A stretch of DNA of 63,720 nucleotides, the filler included, from Sanchytrium tribonematis (Eukaryota), in the NCBI GenBank assembly GCA_018985235.1. It is 24 parts of 24 records of this genome, joined end to end, with 100 filler letters (N's around TTAATTAATTAA, not from the genome) between each part and the next. Parts side by side here need not be neighbours in the genome. Positions count along the whole stretch, not along the records: positions 33,554 to 50,165 come from JADGIG010000132.1; 23 more parts are not named here. The stretch is one strand, 5' to 3'. The first letter of the stretch is position 1. Each line of letters opens with the position of its first letter. The notes under the pieces are model-generated. The model made no database searches. It was given only the letters and a program-made list of their open reading frames with translations, and was not told the DNA's origin. Below are positions 33,554-45,289 of the stretch, one piece after another. The translations under genes and the position numbers were made by a program.

Positions 33554-35057
33554 ATCTCCAGAGCTAATGAAAGCAAGCCAGATAGTGCCAATAAAGAGAC
33601 AGAGGATGGATTGGAAAGACTGGTCAGACAGTCAAAGGAAAAGATCAAAACAAAGATCAAAAATGAATCTGAAATCCTGCAATTACTTTTAAAGTTGAAA
33701 GAAGAAGGATTTCAATTTATTTGCCCAAATGAAGATCACATCAAGTCTTATGAGGTTTTAATTAGTCAGTTGGCAAGTGGAATTACCCCCATTGGATGTA
33801 CATCTCCATATTCCCTTTCTGAGCAACATACTTCCAATGAAATCAACAGATGCTTGGAAATTTCAGAAATGAACTTTGAACTACTTCTAGAGACATTGAT
33901 AAACCAATTATTTGGACTGGACACGAATAATCACTCTTCTTTTGTGGGTTTGCCAGTTGCTAAAAGAGTGTTTACTCTTAAAAAATTGATTAATCAAATT
34001 GTTTCAGTGCGTGCCCCATCTTTGATTTTATATGGATTGGTAAGAGGAAGTGAATTTATTAATGAGGAAGCATATTTATGATCCAATCAAATTGAATGAA
34101 ATTTTGGATGGTCAGTATTTGGAGGAAATCAGCTTTTCCACCTCTATTTTTTGATGCAATACCAATACCAATATCAAATTACTAGATGAGATTACTAATA
34201 ATGTGCGTGGATTGGTTGTTTACAAGAAATTGGTTAAACATGTGAAATCCAAGGATCAACTTGCAATATTTGTCTGTATCAAGGATAAGGAGTATTCCCA
34301 ACGTGTTCAGCGTAAAAGAGCAGATATGAACCTGGTGAATGATAATGATGCTTTGAATTTGATGTTTAGAAATGCCCCCTTGTTATTCACATTTGACAAA
34401 AATCTCCAAAGAATGCAAGAGGAAAGTTTATTTAATGTCAATCACTCTGATTACAGCTCATCTTGCTATGATTTTAGTCGAATCTGCTTATTTGGACAAG
34501 CTGATCTCATTAAAAGCAAGTGTTTTGGATATTCTGTGAATAGATTTAAAAGAGACAAATCTAAAGTTAGCAGTGCCATTTTGAGTCGTAAACTGACATT
34601 AGATGCTCCAGATACGTCATCTGACAGTAGTGAGAGTAGCAGCATCATGGATGTGGATCCTCATTTAGCAGTGAATTTGGATGAAATAAAATTGCCCAAA
34701 AAGTACAATTTCAATATCAGTTTTGTCAACCCGGATACGTATGATGTTGTCTATGAGCCAGTGAGAGTGATTATTACCGATAAAATTGCAACCATTGCCT
34801 CTGAAATGGATAAAATCATTAACTGCCCAAATGCTGAAATTAAATATGAATCAATTGAATATGATTCAGGATCAGGTGATAGTGTAACGATTGATAAGTA
34901 TCACAAAATATTGACCATCACGGGTACTCAAATCATTGACATTGCTATTTACTACTCAAGAGAGATTATCAAGTATTTATATATTAAATTAGAGGAGCAG
35001 AGATGGATACAAAAGCAACATGAAAGATTTGTGTGGCACGCCGAAACAAATTCTTAA
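33554..35057 (+). pseudogene. Fragmented hypothetical gene (ORFs 33611-34081 and 34203-35057)
   Basis: Two same-strand ORFs separated by ~120 nt with stops in all frames; no recognisable family. Confidence 0.4.
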
Positions 35058-36469
35058 TATGGTGTATTCTATGTATAATGTATGTAGGGAAGAGTCGCTT
35101 TAACTTTATATATGGATCTAATCCCTACTTTTTCTTTCATGCAGGTAACATCAATAGATTTGAGTTTACTTGTATCATTGTTTACTTGAAAGATCAGAGA
35201 TGGTTTGCAATAGTTCCTTGTAGTCTTTCAAGTTTATATAAATTGTTGAATTTAGAGAAACAAAATTTTTAATAAAATATTGGACAAGGACATTTGTTTG
35301 ACAATTCAAGCACTTAAAATTTAAGTTTAAAGATAATCTTAATCTACAAATTTAAATAAGGCATAACAAGTTAATTTTTGCAAACAATTGTTTTGCTATA
35401 AGTCCTTTGAGCTTTGCTTTTGACTTTTGCTGGCTTTTATCTTTTGCGTAACTGGCGACATTCATCAAATCGTTCATTTGCATTTAACATTAACTCGCTC
35501 ACAATCATTACCAATAATATTAATGGTTTGATATGAGCTCACTACTGACTAGTAGTTAATCTTCATTTAACTCAACTGGAGTTGGTACGACTTTGACAAC
35601 AGGTATTGAAATGGTTAAGCCTTCAACAAATGGAGTCAAATTCCATTTGATAAACACACAGCATATTCATTAACTGAGTAAGATTACGTAAGGTGTGATA
35701 ATAAAGATTGAGCTTCACTTCATAAAATGAGAATTTTTGTTTGATAGTTTGGTATAGTCATCATGTGCATAATTCACGACACTCTGAGAACGCAGTGGTC
35801 GTACGTCGCAAATGAGCGAATCACCAACTTATGTAGTGAATATCAATTCAGGTTGTAGTTTTGCAATGGATTTGGCAAAAATGATTTTAAACCAGTCTAA
35901 ATTTGCATTTAAGCACTTTTAGAAGGCACATTTACTAGCTGATGGTCTTATTTTAAAGCTGCTTCATCCCAGTCTCAATTTAGTCGAGACTGACAAATAA
36001 TTAATTCTGGTTATATCTTGTACCAAAAACAGCATAATGTTGACTAGTAAACTACCATAAAGCCGTAAATTCTTCTTATGAAATAAAGGGTTGTTCAAAA
36101 AGTCTTTTTATCCCCTCTATTCCACTTCTTGCATCATGCTACATTATTTCAAGCTTCAAATTCTTTGATTTCTTTTATTATACAATCATAATTACATCCC
36201 TCGTATTTCATTATATGTCACGCATTCAATTTACAAATTCAAATAAAATTCGCACATTTTTACAGTAATTGCCACCAAATTTATTAAAAATGCCCACCAT
36301 ATGCTTCAATACATGCTTTTACACGCCCCGGCATCGACCAGATCGAATAAATAGTTACTAGTTACGAAACTATCAACTACTATCTCTACCCCCAAATGAC
36401 TATCTTAACGCAATCATTCCCCAAATCTGCATATAATCAATAAATTTATTATTTTTCGCGACAATTCAC

Positions 36470-37971
36470 AATGACTTCAAATACTGAAGAAGAATTTGCC
36501 ATTCAAACTACACCAGATGCCAATCTTTATCCACTCATTGCGAATACCTATTAAGCCAAAAAAGAAATGAAGACAATTATCATGCAATTTAATTCCAATT
36601 AATTTAAAATGACATTGGCTAAAGGATATTAATCAAATCCAAACTAAAATGCCCATATTATGTGCTCACTGAATATGACTGATCAAAGGGATTGTATAAA
36701 TTTGGCACAAAATATATGCAAACATTACAACGCCCACAGAATCATCCCATCTTAGAAATCAACACTGTATCAAGAATGAATAAATTATTATATATTAAAA
36801 ATAGTAACATTTTAAGACTTATTGTTGCTGAAAAGGCTTTGTTACATAAGCCAAAAGCAATTTAACATTCAATTGTCAATTATTTTGGTATTCATGGCAG
36901 TAGATTATTTTGAATTCCAAGAAGGGTATAATTCTAATTTATCATTTAAAATACGAAAATAATGACATAGAATCACAAAACTTGGGCTATTTAAAGTATT
37001 TATTCTTATTTTTTTTTGAAATTATCCCAGGGTTAATCATTACAAATCGAAATTACCCCTATCTTTCCACTTTCAAAACAAAATTTCTGAAGCAACCAAC
37101 CCTTTGGTACATTTGCCTTCTTCTTAAAAATGTGATGAACTGGGTCAAATTTTGTTTGAGCACCGTTCTCATATAGCCACTGTATCCAAAGTAGTTCCAA
37201 TTATAAATCATTTGAAGTACTTTATATTTATTTAATGGGTGAAGTTGGCCATTTCATCTTGTTGGGAGTTTATTCATCTTGATCAACTTCAGACAATTAA
37301 TGGAGTCCCATCAACACTATTAAATGATAAGGAGAAATGGATGTACTCCTATTATTCAAACAGCATTTTTACATTTAGAATTAAGTCCACACAAATGAAT
37401 TAATGCTGGAATGCGCTCCACAAATTGGACATAAATATGCGCATTAGAATTAAAAGAAGTATACGAGTTCTAATACAAACAACAGATGATCAGTCTAATG
37501 AATTCAACCAAATCAATTTAATAACATTAAGCAAATCAAATGATGTCATGGTTCTGCCAAAATTCATTTCGTAGGGAGTATAACTTGTATAATTACTGCA
37601 GTATCATAAATCAAGAAAATATACTCGATGATGGTGTAAAAATAGAGGATAAATTTAATATTAAATTTAGATGCATTATGAAACAATATATGGATGAATA
37701 TTGCTTGCATCATCGCGTAAACTGCAAGTCGTAATGGTTTCTTAATGCTTTAAAGCAGCCAGAGTATAAAGAAACCCATTGTATAGTCATGATTGGTAAA
37801 TACGTCAAATGCGATTGCGACTATCAAATTGTAATGCATTTGCCATTCCGTCACATCATGTATGCCTTGGGACAAATGAGTGATATAAATTACATACATT
37901 TAATATCTAAAATAGTTTTTACGCCATCCAGGGACAGAAACATCCCCATTAGTATTATTTCCATCTACTGA
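36470..37971 (+). mobile_element. Degenerate Mutator-like (MULE) transposase remnant
   Basis: Fragments FTFRIKSTQMN (STQR-S-E-like) near 37370-37400 and SWIM finger KCDCDYQIVMHLPFRHI at 37789-37971; many stops. Confidence 0.6.
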
Positions 37972-40088
37972 TAAAAAAATGTCTTTTGGGAATCATGCGA
38001 GTAGCACTAATGGTAGAGAAATAGTACCAATTCGAAAAGACTTCTAGAAGTATAAGCATGAGGCAATTCAAGTTGTAAAATCCAAGAATATTCATGTTGA
38101 ATCTACTAGAAAATATCTCGATAGGATGATTGTACTAATACGGGCTAGTAATGATAATAAATTGAATTAGTTGCGCTAGCAAACATTTTTAATAGGGTAG
38201 CTAGGGGAATTTTATTTCACCACTACACATATTTTAATGATTTCGCACCAAATTGCACCTTTTTCTTCTTTCTATACTCCAATTTTCATATTCGGAACCT
38301 CGTTTTTACAATGGCTTCGTTGATCTAACTTAACAACTGAATGAATCATTTGTATTGGTGTTTCAGACGATAAAACTGTTTGGGTTGCTTCAGATTGACG
38401 TAAACTAGCTCTTTTTAACAAATCTAAAGCAGCAGACTTCTTAAAATCCCAATGTGATAATACACTCTTTTCTGAATTTAATTTACAATGTTAATAAAAC
38501 TGACCATGCGGTGTGATATGATTGTTGTTTCCAGTTACTGTATCTACTGTGTCAATCATAGGCATTAACATATTATACATGTGATTGATGAATGGGTAGT
38601 GTTTTGTGGCTTCGTGGTAGTCTAAATCTATTTCAAGACGCTGATTACTGTCAATCAACGCCGAATTATTTGAATACATTTTAATATGAGTTGTTGGTAC
38701 CTTTATTAATGAATTCTACATTATTTGTAGCCAAACAGAAGGTGCCATTGTCAACAATGGGAAATATGCTTACCGTTTTTCAGTAGTTTGCGATAATAGT
38801 ACAACTCTGATTTGTACTGCTGCTTGTAACTATTGAAGGGAGTCTGGCTTTTGTGTCGAGCAAAGATTGATATCAAAACCAGAATTCTTTTCATTGCTAG
38901 CCTTTTAAATTTTTGGTGAATATTGAGCATAGTGAATGTCATCTTTACCTTTAAATACAAGGTTAGGCATTAAAAGCTCAAAGAAATGAGTCTTTTGGGA
39001 TTCTGATGCGACTTCAATGCCAAAATAGTCTTGGAAATAAATTTCACTGATTTCTTGTGTTTTTATGTAGGCTACCAAGACAAACAAATGGGCATCATTC
39101 ATGATTTGAGTAACATAGCATACATTATCCATTTTTCTCACTTCAAAAACCCGGAAAGCAAAGATTGATTGGTAAATTTTTTCTGATTTTCCAAGAACCT
39201 TTGAAATTTATAATTTTTAATATCTTATGCCGAGGTGACATAATAAATGACTTTATGACCATTTTTGTGCAATTAAAGTCCACGAACCCCAAAATTGTAG
39301 TTTATACTCTAAAAATTATATTTATTGGTATCTATTGTTTTTTCCAGAAAGTTTATAACATTAATGAAGTCAATAAGTCAAAGTTAAATAGTAGAAAAAA
39401 CTGTTCTAGAGACCTGGACCTGTCAATCAACAACTGTTTTTATCCATCTACCCACGGCAAACTGTGCTCTTTGCATTTCGCCAGACTTTCGCCATTTTTG
39501 CCATTCTGGCATTGACTTTGAAAAGTAATTAGCAATTTTTAATTGCCCAAAACTATCTATTGGCGTCAATATGGCATTTATATGACGTCACTGTTTACTT
39601 TAAATACTCGTTACATTTTTTTTCGAAATGACTTTGACAGAGCCAATAATATACAAGACAAAAATCGAATAATCAATCTTGTACAAGATTTTAAGGACAA
39701 AAAAACATATTTATCAAGTCAAAAAAGGAAGACGGCTACATAATAATGTCGTGTTGAATTAAAAATCATAGCAAATTAATTTCGAAAGAATTAGTATCAT
39801 ATGATGCTATTTGTGATGGACCATCACAAGTTAAAATACCGGAGATAGTAGAACACACTGACTCCAAAAATGTCTGAAAACAAGAGTTTGAACTCGACAT
39901 TTGATGAAATGCTTGAAACAGATACATTGCATTTTGATCCTATTCCGTGTTTTTCTTTGGATCTTGGTACATTTGACCAAATCAATATTGAACATTGGCC
40001 CCCTTCAAACTTTGAAATATAATTGAAATCAATCCCAAATGCACCAATTGCGAACCTCGAGTCCATTCAAATCGAAGTATAAGAAATA

Positions 40089-40735
40089 CATTTGTCAAGG
40101 GGTTTTTGACCACCCCCCAAAATTTAACTTGAAAATTTATTAATTCATAGTCCACTGGCCCTTTCTTTCTTTCAATTGTTGTATACGCTTAGGCATTCCG
40201 TCTACCAGCTTATGTCTATATTCATCAGTCAATTCAGTCCATAGATTTATCACAGCTTCGATTAATTCTAATTTTGTCTTCGGAAATAGTCGGAAATACT
40301 GCAAGCGAATCTTGAGAAACCCCCACACTCATTCAATTGGGTTCATGTCTGGACTTTGCGGGGACCAAGGTCCAAATAAAACAACGCCTTCTCGATTCAG
40401 GAAGGAAATTGTTTCAGCACTAGTATGGCACTTTGCGCCGTCCTGCATGAACATTAATGGGATTTCACTCACATGAAGCTCTGAAATCATGTGGCTAGAC
40501 ATCAGACTACAATATTGCGCGCTTTTCATATAGCCATCTACCACTACAAGTGGTCCCCAGGCATTATATGAGAAACATGCCCAGAACATAACACTCAATC
40601 CACCTTGTTGCTTCCGGGGATTGATGATATTTTGTTCATAAGGGTTATCGTATCTTGTCCAAAATGTAATATTTCTGTTATTTGGATGGCTTTTAATTGT
40701 GCATTCGTCAGACCACAGAATTTTTCTCCAGTAAA
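40089..40735 (-). mobile_element. Tc1-type (DDxE) transposon, 3' half
   Basis: WRKILWSDE...QQGGLSVMFWACFS...FMQDGAKCH...WSPQSPDMNPIE*VW; one in-frame TGA; candidate TA-flanked end at 40087-40089; 5' part replaced by Crypton. Confidence 0.9.
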
Positions 40736-40743
40736 ATTTATGA

Positions 40744-40833
40744 AATCACACTGAATCACGGGTGAATCACAATTACCCCGGTGAAATCACAACTCAAATC
40801 ACGATTTACTTTTCAATTATCAACCCAAATCAC
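40744..40833 (+). repeat. Six AATCAC copies at the Crypton 3' end
   Basis: AATCAC at 40744, 40754, 40765, 40785, 40797 and 40828; inverted GTGATT at 44481 and 44546. Confidence 0.85.
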
Positions 40834-42045
40834 AATATTTTATCCACTTTTACTATATATTTACTAGGAAATATTTAATAAATCTATTTATTAATTGTAT
40901 ATTCTCATATTCTCTGGATTATCCTTGATGTATTTTATCAACCATGGGATTGCATTAGCAGCATTAGGATTCATTTGTTGATGATATTGCTCCAACATCA
41001 TTCCAGCATCTTCCCTTGATATACTGTGCTTTACAGCCATTCTATTTTGTTCATAAGCAGATTTCTCCCTCGATAATATTGCCTGCAAGCAGCAGATTTA
41101 CGCCATGCTGTCCCAAATTCGGCATTCAACACCATCACACTAGGTTTGCCATTAATGCCATCATACCAATACTTAATTACATTCCTTATTTGAGTAATAT
41201 GCTTATTTATTTGGAATTTCTTTGGGGAAGAAGGAGGAGTAGAATATGGATTATTTATGACATTTATGGGATCAAATGAGCTATTTCGTGAATGATTTGA
41301 TGAATAAACAGAATCAACTTGCTTATTGGGACGATTTGAAGGTTGAGGAGTCAGTGGATAATGCTTGGGCGGAGTACATGTCTGGATGCAATTGGTGTCT
41401 TTTGAGCAAGATTATTAGCTAGTTGATTAATAAATGGATTATTTAGACAGGCAACATGGCCAATTAGCATGTTTATTTGCCCTTTAGAGTCGATGATTCC
41501 TGATGCACTGAAGTAATTAATTGATGCTGCTGCTTCAATTTCTGGCATATTTCTGGTGCCGCTTGTTCTAGAAATGCTGTGGTTTTGATTGGTAATGCCT
41601 CGTAAACCATTTCTTGCTGATTTAATGCCTTGGAAAAGGAAATAAACCTAGTATCGCTAAAAATTGGATGTTCAAATAATAAATGATGCTGATAATCATT
41701 ATCATGTATTAATAAAGCAGTATCCTGTAAAAATACCACACGCATCCACTTCAAAACATCACATAACATGCCCGTATATGGATCATTTGTGAACCATTGC
41801 TGCACTTGATCTAATTCCGGGAATACTAATGATTGCAGGTCTGGAGGGGGAATTATTTTGTTTCTATTTAGATTGTAGCTGCCATTTATGGTAGTTGCAC
41901 CAGAACAAAGCTTTATAGCCTGGATTGGCAAATTTAACAAATAATTACTAGTCAATCTACTCTTTTCCCATCTACCAAGTCTTTTGAGCTGTATATCATC
42001 ACAAACTAAGTTATCAAGCACTTGTGACTGTGTTTTACGACCCAT

Positions 42046-43502
42046 CGGTTACAGTTTTTTAGCGGGTCGTGGTGACCCAAAGGAGATTTTTACGACAAGG
42101 TTGCAGAGACCTTCAAGTCAAATAAATGCTTTCTTTTTATTAAATTAGCCAATCATTGAAAAGAAAAAAATTTCAATCAAATATTTGTGATTTGTTGTGC
42201 CATACGGGTCAAACAAATGTCACGTCCACAAAGAGCAGCTGCAATTAACACCCAATACAATTCCAATTATGAAGTTGATCTTACCACATACATTGGAGAG
42301 TCAACCTCAGAAGAGGAAAGCAATTGTGGAGACCTAAATTATAGTGATGCGGAAGAAGTGGATGATGCAGTCGAAGAAGACACAGTTAGAGATCCCCAAT
42401 CTATCCAAAGACCTGCTACAACCAATAGCAAAGCTGCCCGATTTTTTATCAACGAATTACCGATTGATTACAGTCGATTCAAAGCAAATAATTTTCAAAA
42501 AACAACAAGTAATTTGCCAGATGGTTTCTCCGAAAATCCTACGCCATTAGATTGTTTTCAGTTACTAGCACCTCCATCATTCACAGAACAAATAACTAGA
42601 GCGACCAACAGATCAATTTGGAATTATGAGCATTCAATTGCAATGCAAAATTTATCATCTGATGGTATTCCATCACAGGAAACATATACTATTGAGTGTT
42701 TAACAAATGAAACTATGTTGTGTTTTTTTGGCATGATGCTATATATGGGAATAAAGAAATATCCCGAGCAAAATATGTATTTTTTCAAAAGTAAAGATAA
42801 TGAATTTGATTCACCTCCATTTGTGAACGTCATGCTTTAAAACATTTAAAAAGATAAAAAGATGTATCAGTGTACCAGAAATAGAATTGACGGATGATTA
42901 CCAGTACATGTCTCATTCGTATGAAAGATTGCATGAATCAACCAATGCAAATTTTCTTTTAAAACACATAAACACTACCTTTCAGCTATATCTCAACTTA
43001 GGAAATGAATATGCCATTGATGAAAGTATGGCATGAACGGAAAAGTAGATATCACAAGGAAATTAAATCAACCATTAACTGCAGCATTAGAGAATTGGAA
43101 GCAGTTTATGATCATACGTTCAGATGTACCTCAAAAAGACAAAAAAGGAGTAATAGACACATACAGAATGCCTGCACATTTAAAGGAAGGGTGGTTTTTA
43201 TTAATTTAGTGGCAATCACTGGATGGTGGAAATCCAAGGGATCCTCAAAGACTCTGCGACCAAGATGCATGTACAAAGACTGCCGTAATAAAGTAAACAC
43301 AGCTAGTAATAAATGCCACGTTGCTTTGTGTGGAAAGCACTTTAATGTGTGGCATTGGGAATACAAATGCTACACTACATTCCAAGAAATAAATTATAAA
43401 TTTTATCTAGTCGTGACGACCTTCAAGGTCATACAGAGATTTTTAAAGGGTAAAACAAAAATTTGCCATTTATTTGACCCTGATTTCTGAAAGCTGTAAC
43501 CG
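42046..43502 (+). mobile_element. Non-autonomous piggyBac-like element with CGGTTACAG termini and AT target duplication
   Basis: TIRs CGGTTACAGtTTT / AAAgCTGTAACCG; AT at 42044-45 and 43503-04; N-terminal PGBD region (TPLDCFQLL, FFGMMLYMGI) and C-terminal Cys-rich domain (RCMYKDC...KCHVALCGKHFNVWH); DDD core absent. Confidence 0.88.
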
Positions 43503-44789
43503 ATGTGAGTTATTTTAGAGATATTTAAATTTAATTTCCCAATCATGGTTTTAATTACTTTGGAATGTGCCGTATCACTTAATGACACATTAAAGGATTC
43601 TCCATATATTAATTTAATGTCATAATAAGACGATTTGGTTGATAAATCTGGAAAACCCTCTCCGTAAACAGTGAATCTTTGAAATAAGTAAATGGCAATC
43701 ATGCCAATGGGACAAATTCGGGGATCTAAATGACGAAGCATAAAACTGTGCTCTACTTGTCCATAGGTTTGATTCATTTTGCTTTTATGAATCATAATCA
43801 CCAAAGCACGTTCATTTATGCCATCAAAAAGTATTACCTTGGTATTGAAGTCACTCAACTCCATTGCACGCCTCTCAAACCCTCTATTCAAAGCAGCATG
43901 ACCAATTAAATGGTCAACAAGATATTTTAAACCAACATGGGAATCTTTAAGATTCCAAAAGTATCTACAAATCAAATAATGCTCATCTATGGAATATGAG
44001 TCAGTAAATGATTTAGACAATTTAGATTCAACGATATGTTTGGAGATATTATAATTATTTATGATCATACTTATTGTGGTTGTTTTTGTTGGGATTTTAT
44101 CAATTTCACCGTCATATTCTAGATGTTTTCGTGCATAATTCTCTCTGTATATCTCTGTTGCACTTTTATAGTTAATTTCAATCCAGGAATGGGAATAATT
44201 CTGATTATTCTTCTTTTTAAGAGTAGAAGCATATTTAACGAATAATTCTAGTTCATTCAAGGAAAATTCTGTAATATCCACTTGATTGGATATACACCAA
44301 GTATTGAATAGCCTTTTACCACTATTATAAGTGGAATTGGTCTTTTGGGATCGATTTTTCTTCTTTATCTCAATCTCATCGTTTAATAATTCATTATTAT
44401 AGTTATGCGAGTCATCCAATACATTCGGATCACCCGTTAAAGACTTGAAGAGAGATTTTATCATGGTAAACTCATGTTTCGTGATTCAAAGGGGCTACTG
44501 GAGAAGCAACGTGACACGTCGTGATGCCCACACTATTATTGGTCTGTGATTTGACGTTTACCCCCACAATAAATGAGTGGTCTATCAACGTATATATCCG
44601 CAAAATTTATTCTCTTAATGACATTTTGTGCTCTTAATTCTATTTTCCTCTTTGCTATGGCCAATTTGTATCAAGTGGAGAATTTTTAGATGTAACAAGT
44701 TTATTTATGCGCCATTTTAGTCAAAAACTCTGTCTTTCGAGCGTCAATTTTTGATGGGAGAGAAGCAAAACATTATAAATTCGAAAGTA

Positions 44790-45280
44790 AAAGTAAATCA
44801 TCTTTTAAAATAATTTCCATGCATAGATTTATTTCCTCACAAATCTGTTCTTCATTGTCTTACTGTGTACCCTTAGCATACACCATTGACTTTAAAAAAC
44901 TCCACATATTCTCCGTAATGTTGAGGTCTGGACTATATGGTGGCCAAACAAGCGTTTTTATTCGAGATGACGCCGTATGTTCCAGACACTCATCTGCACG
45001 GTGTTATTTGGCGTTGAGATCCATATACGTAGCCTAAATAAATTCCAATAACTCTCAAATCAAAGTTATTATCGTCAAAATCGGGAAAAAATCTATCCAC
45101 GTTGCTCGAATGACTTTAGAATACGTAAACATCCTCTCCCATCTAAATAATCCGGCAACATTGTGTGAGCCATGGGACCAACAGGTGTAATAACACATCA
45201 TACTATAATTATTTTACCACCCCCTTGTTGTCTCTATCACCTGTTCTACCGTTCTATTCACCATTTCCATAATCAGATAC
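44790..45280 (-). mobile_element. Second degenerate Tc1-type transposase fragment
   Basis: Minus-strand VWPPYSPDLNITENMWSFLK (~44890-44950) and QQGGGKIIIV (~45200-45230). Confidence 0.8.
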
Positions 45281-45289
45281 CATTGTAAT

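Larger units (their letters stand above)
40740..44560 (-). mobile_element. CryptonF (tyrosine recombinase + GCR1_C) element, interrupted and frameshifted
   Basis: ORF 44464-43503 (LNRG, HKSKMNQ, RHLDPRICPIGMIAIYLFQRF, KITH) rejoins 42045 (MGRK...LGRW...SNYL). GCR1_C WYDGINGKPSV...FGTAWR...YYRGR at ~41050-41200. Ends approximate. Confidence 0.9.

Noticed and set aside
40329..40331. In-frame TGA in Tc1 as evidence of stop-codon reassignment or readthrough
   Set aside because: TGA, TAA and TAG all end intact genes at conserved C-termini (GAL7 TGA, BiP-like DDEL-TAA, nudC TAG). A CGA>TGA mutation in a dead TE is simpler. This also argues against a TAR=Gln code.
40744..40833. AATCAC and CGAATTATT arrays as CRISPR repeats
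   Set aside because: Units are 6-12 bp with irregular short spacing at TE ends; no cas genes; eukaryotic context
40733..44610. AAAATTTAT direct repeat (40733 and 44602) as exact Crypton boundaries
   Set aside because: Low-complexity AT 9-mer; joining the flanks does not restore the Tc1 reading frame
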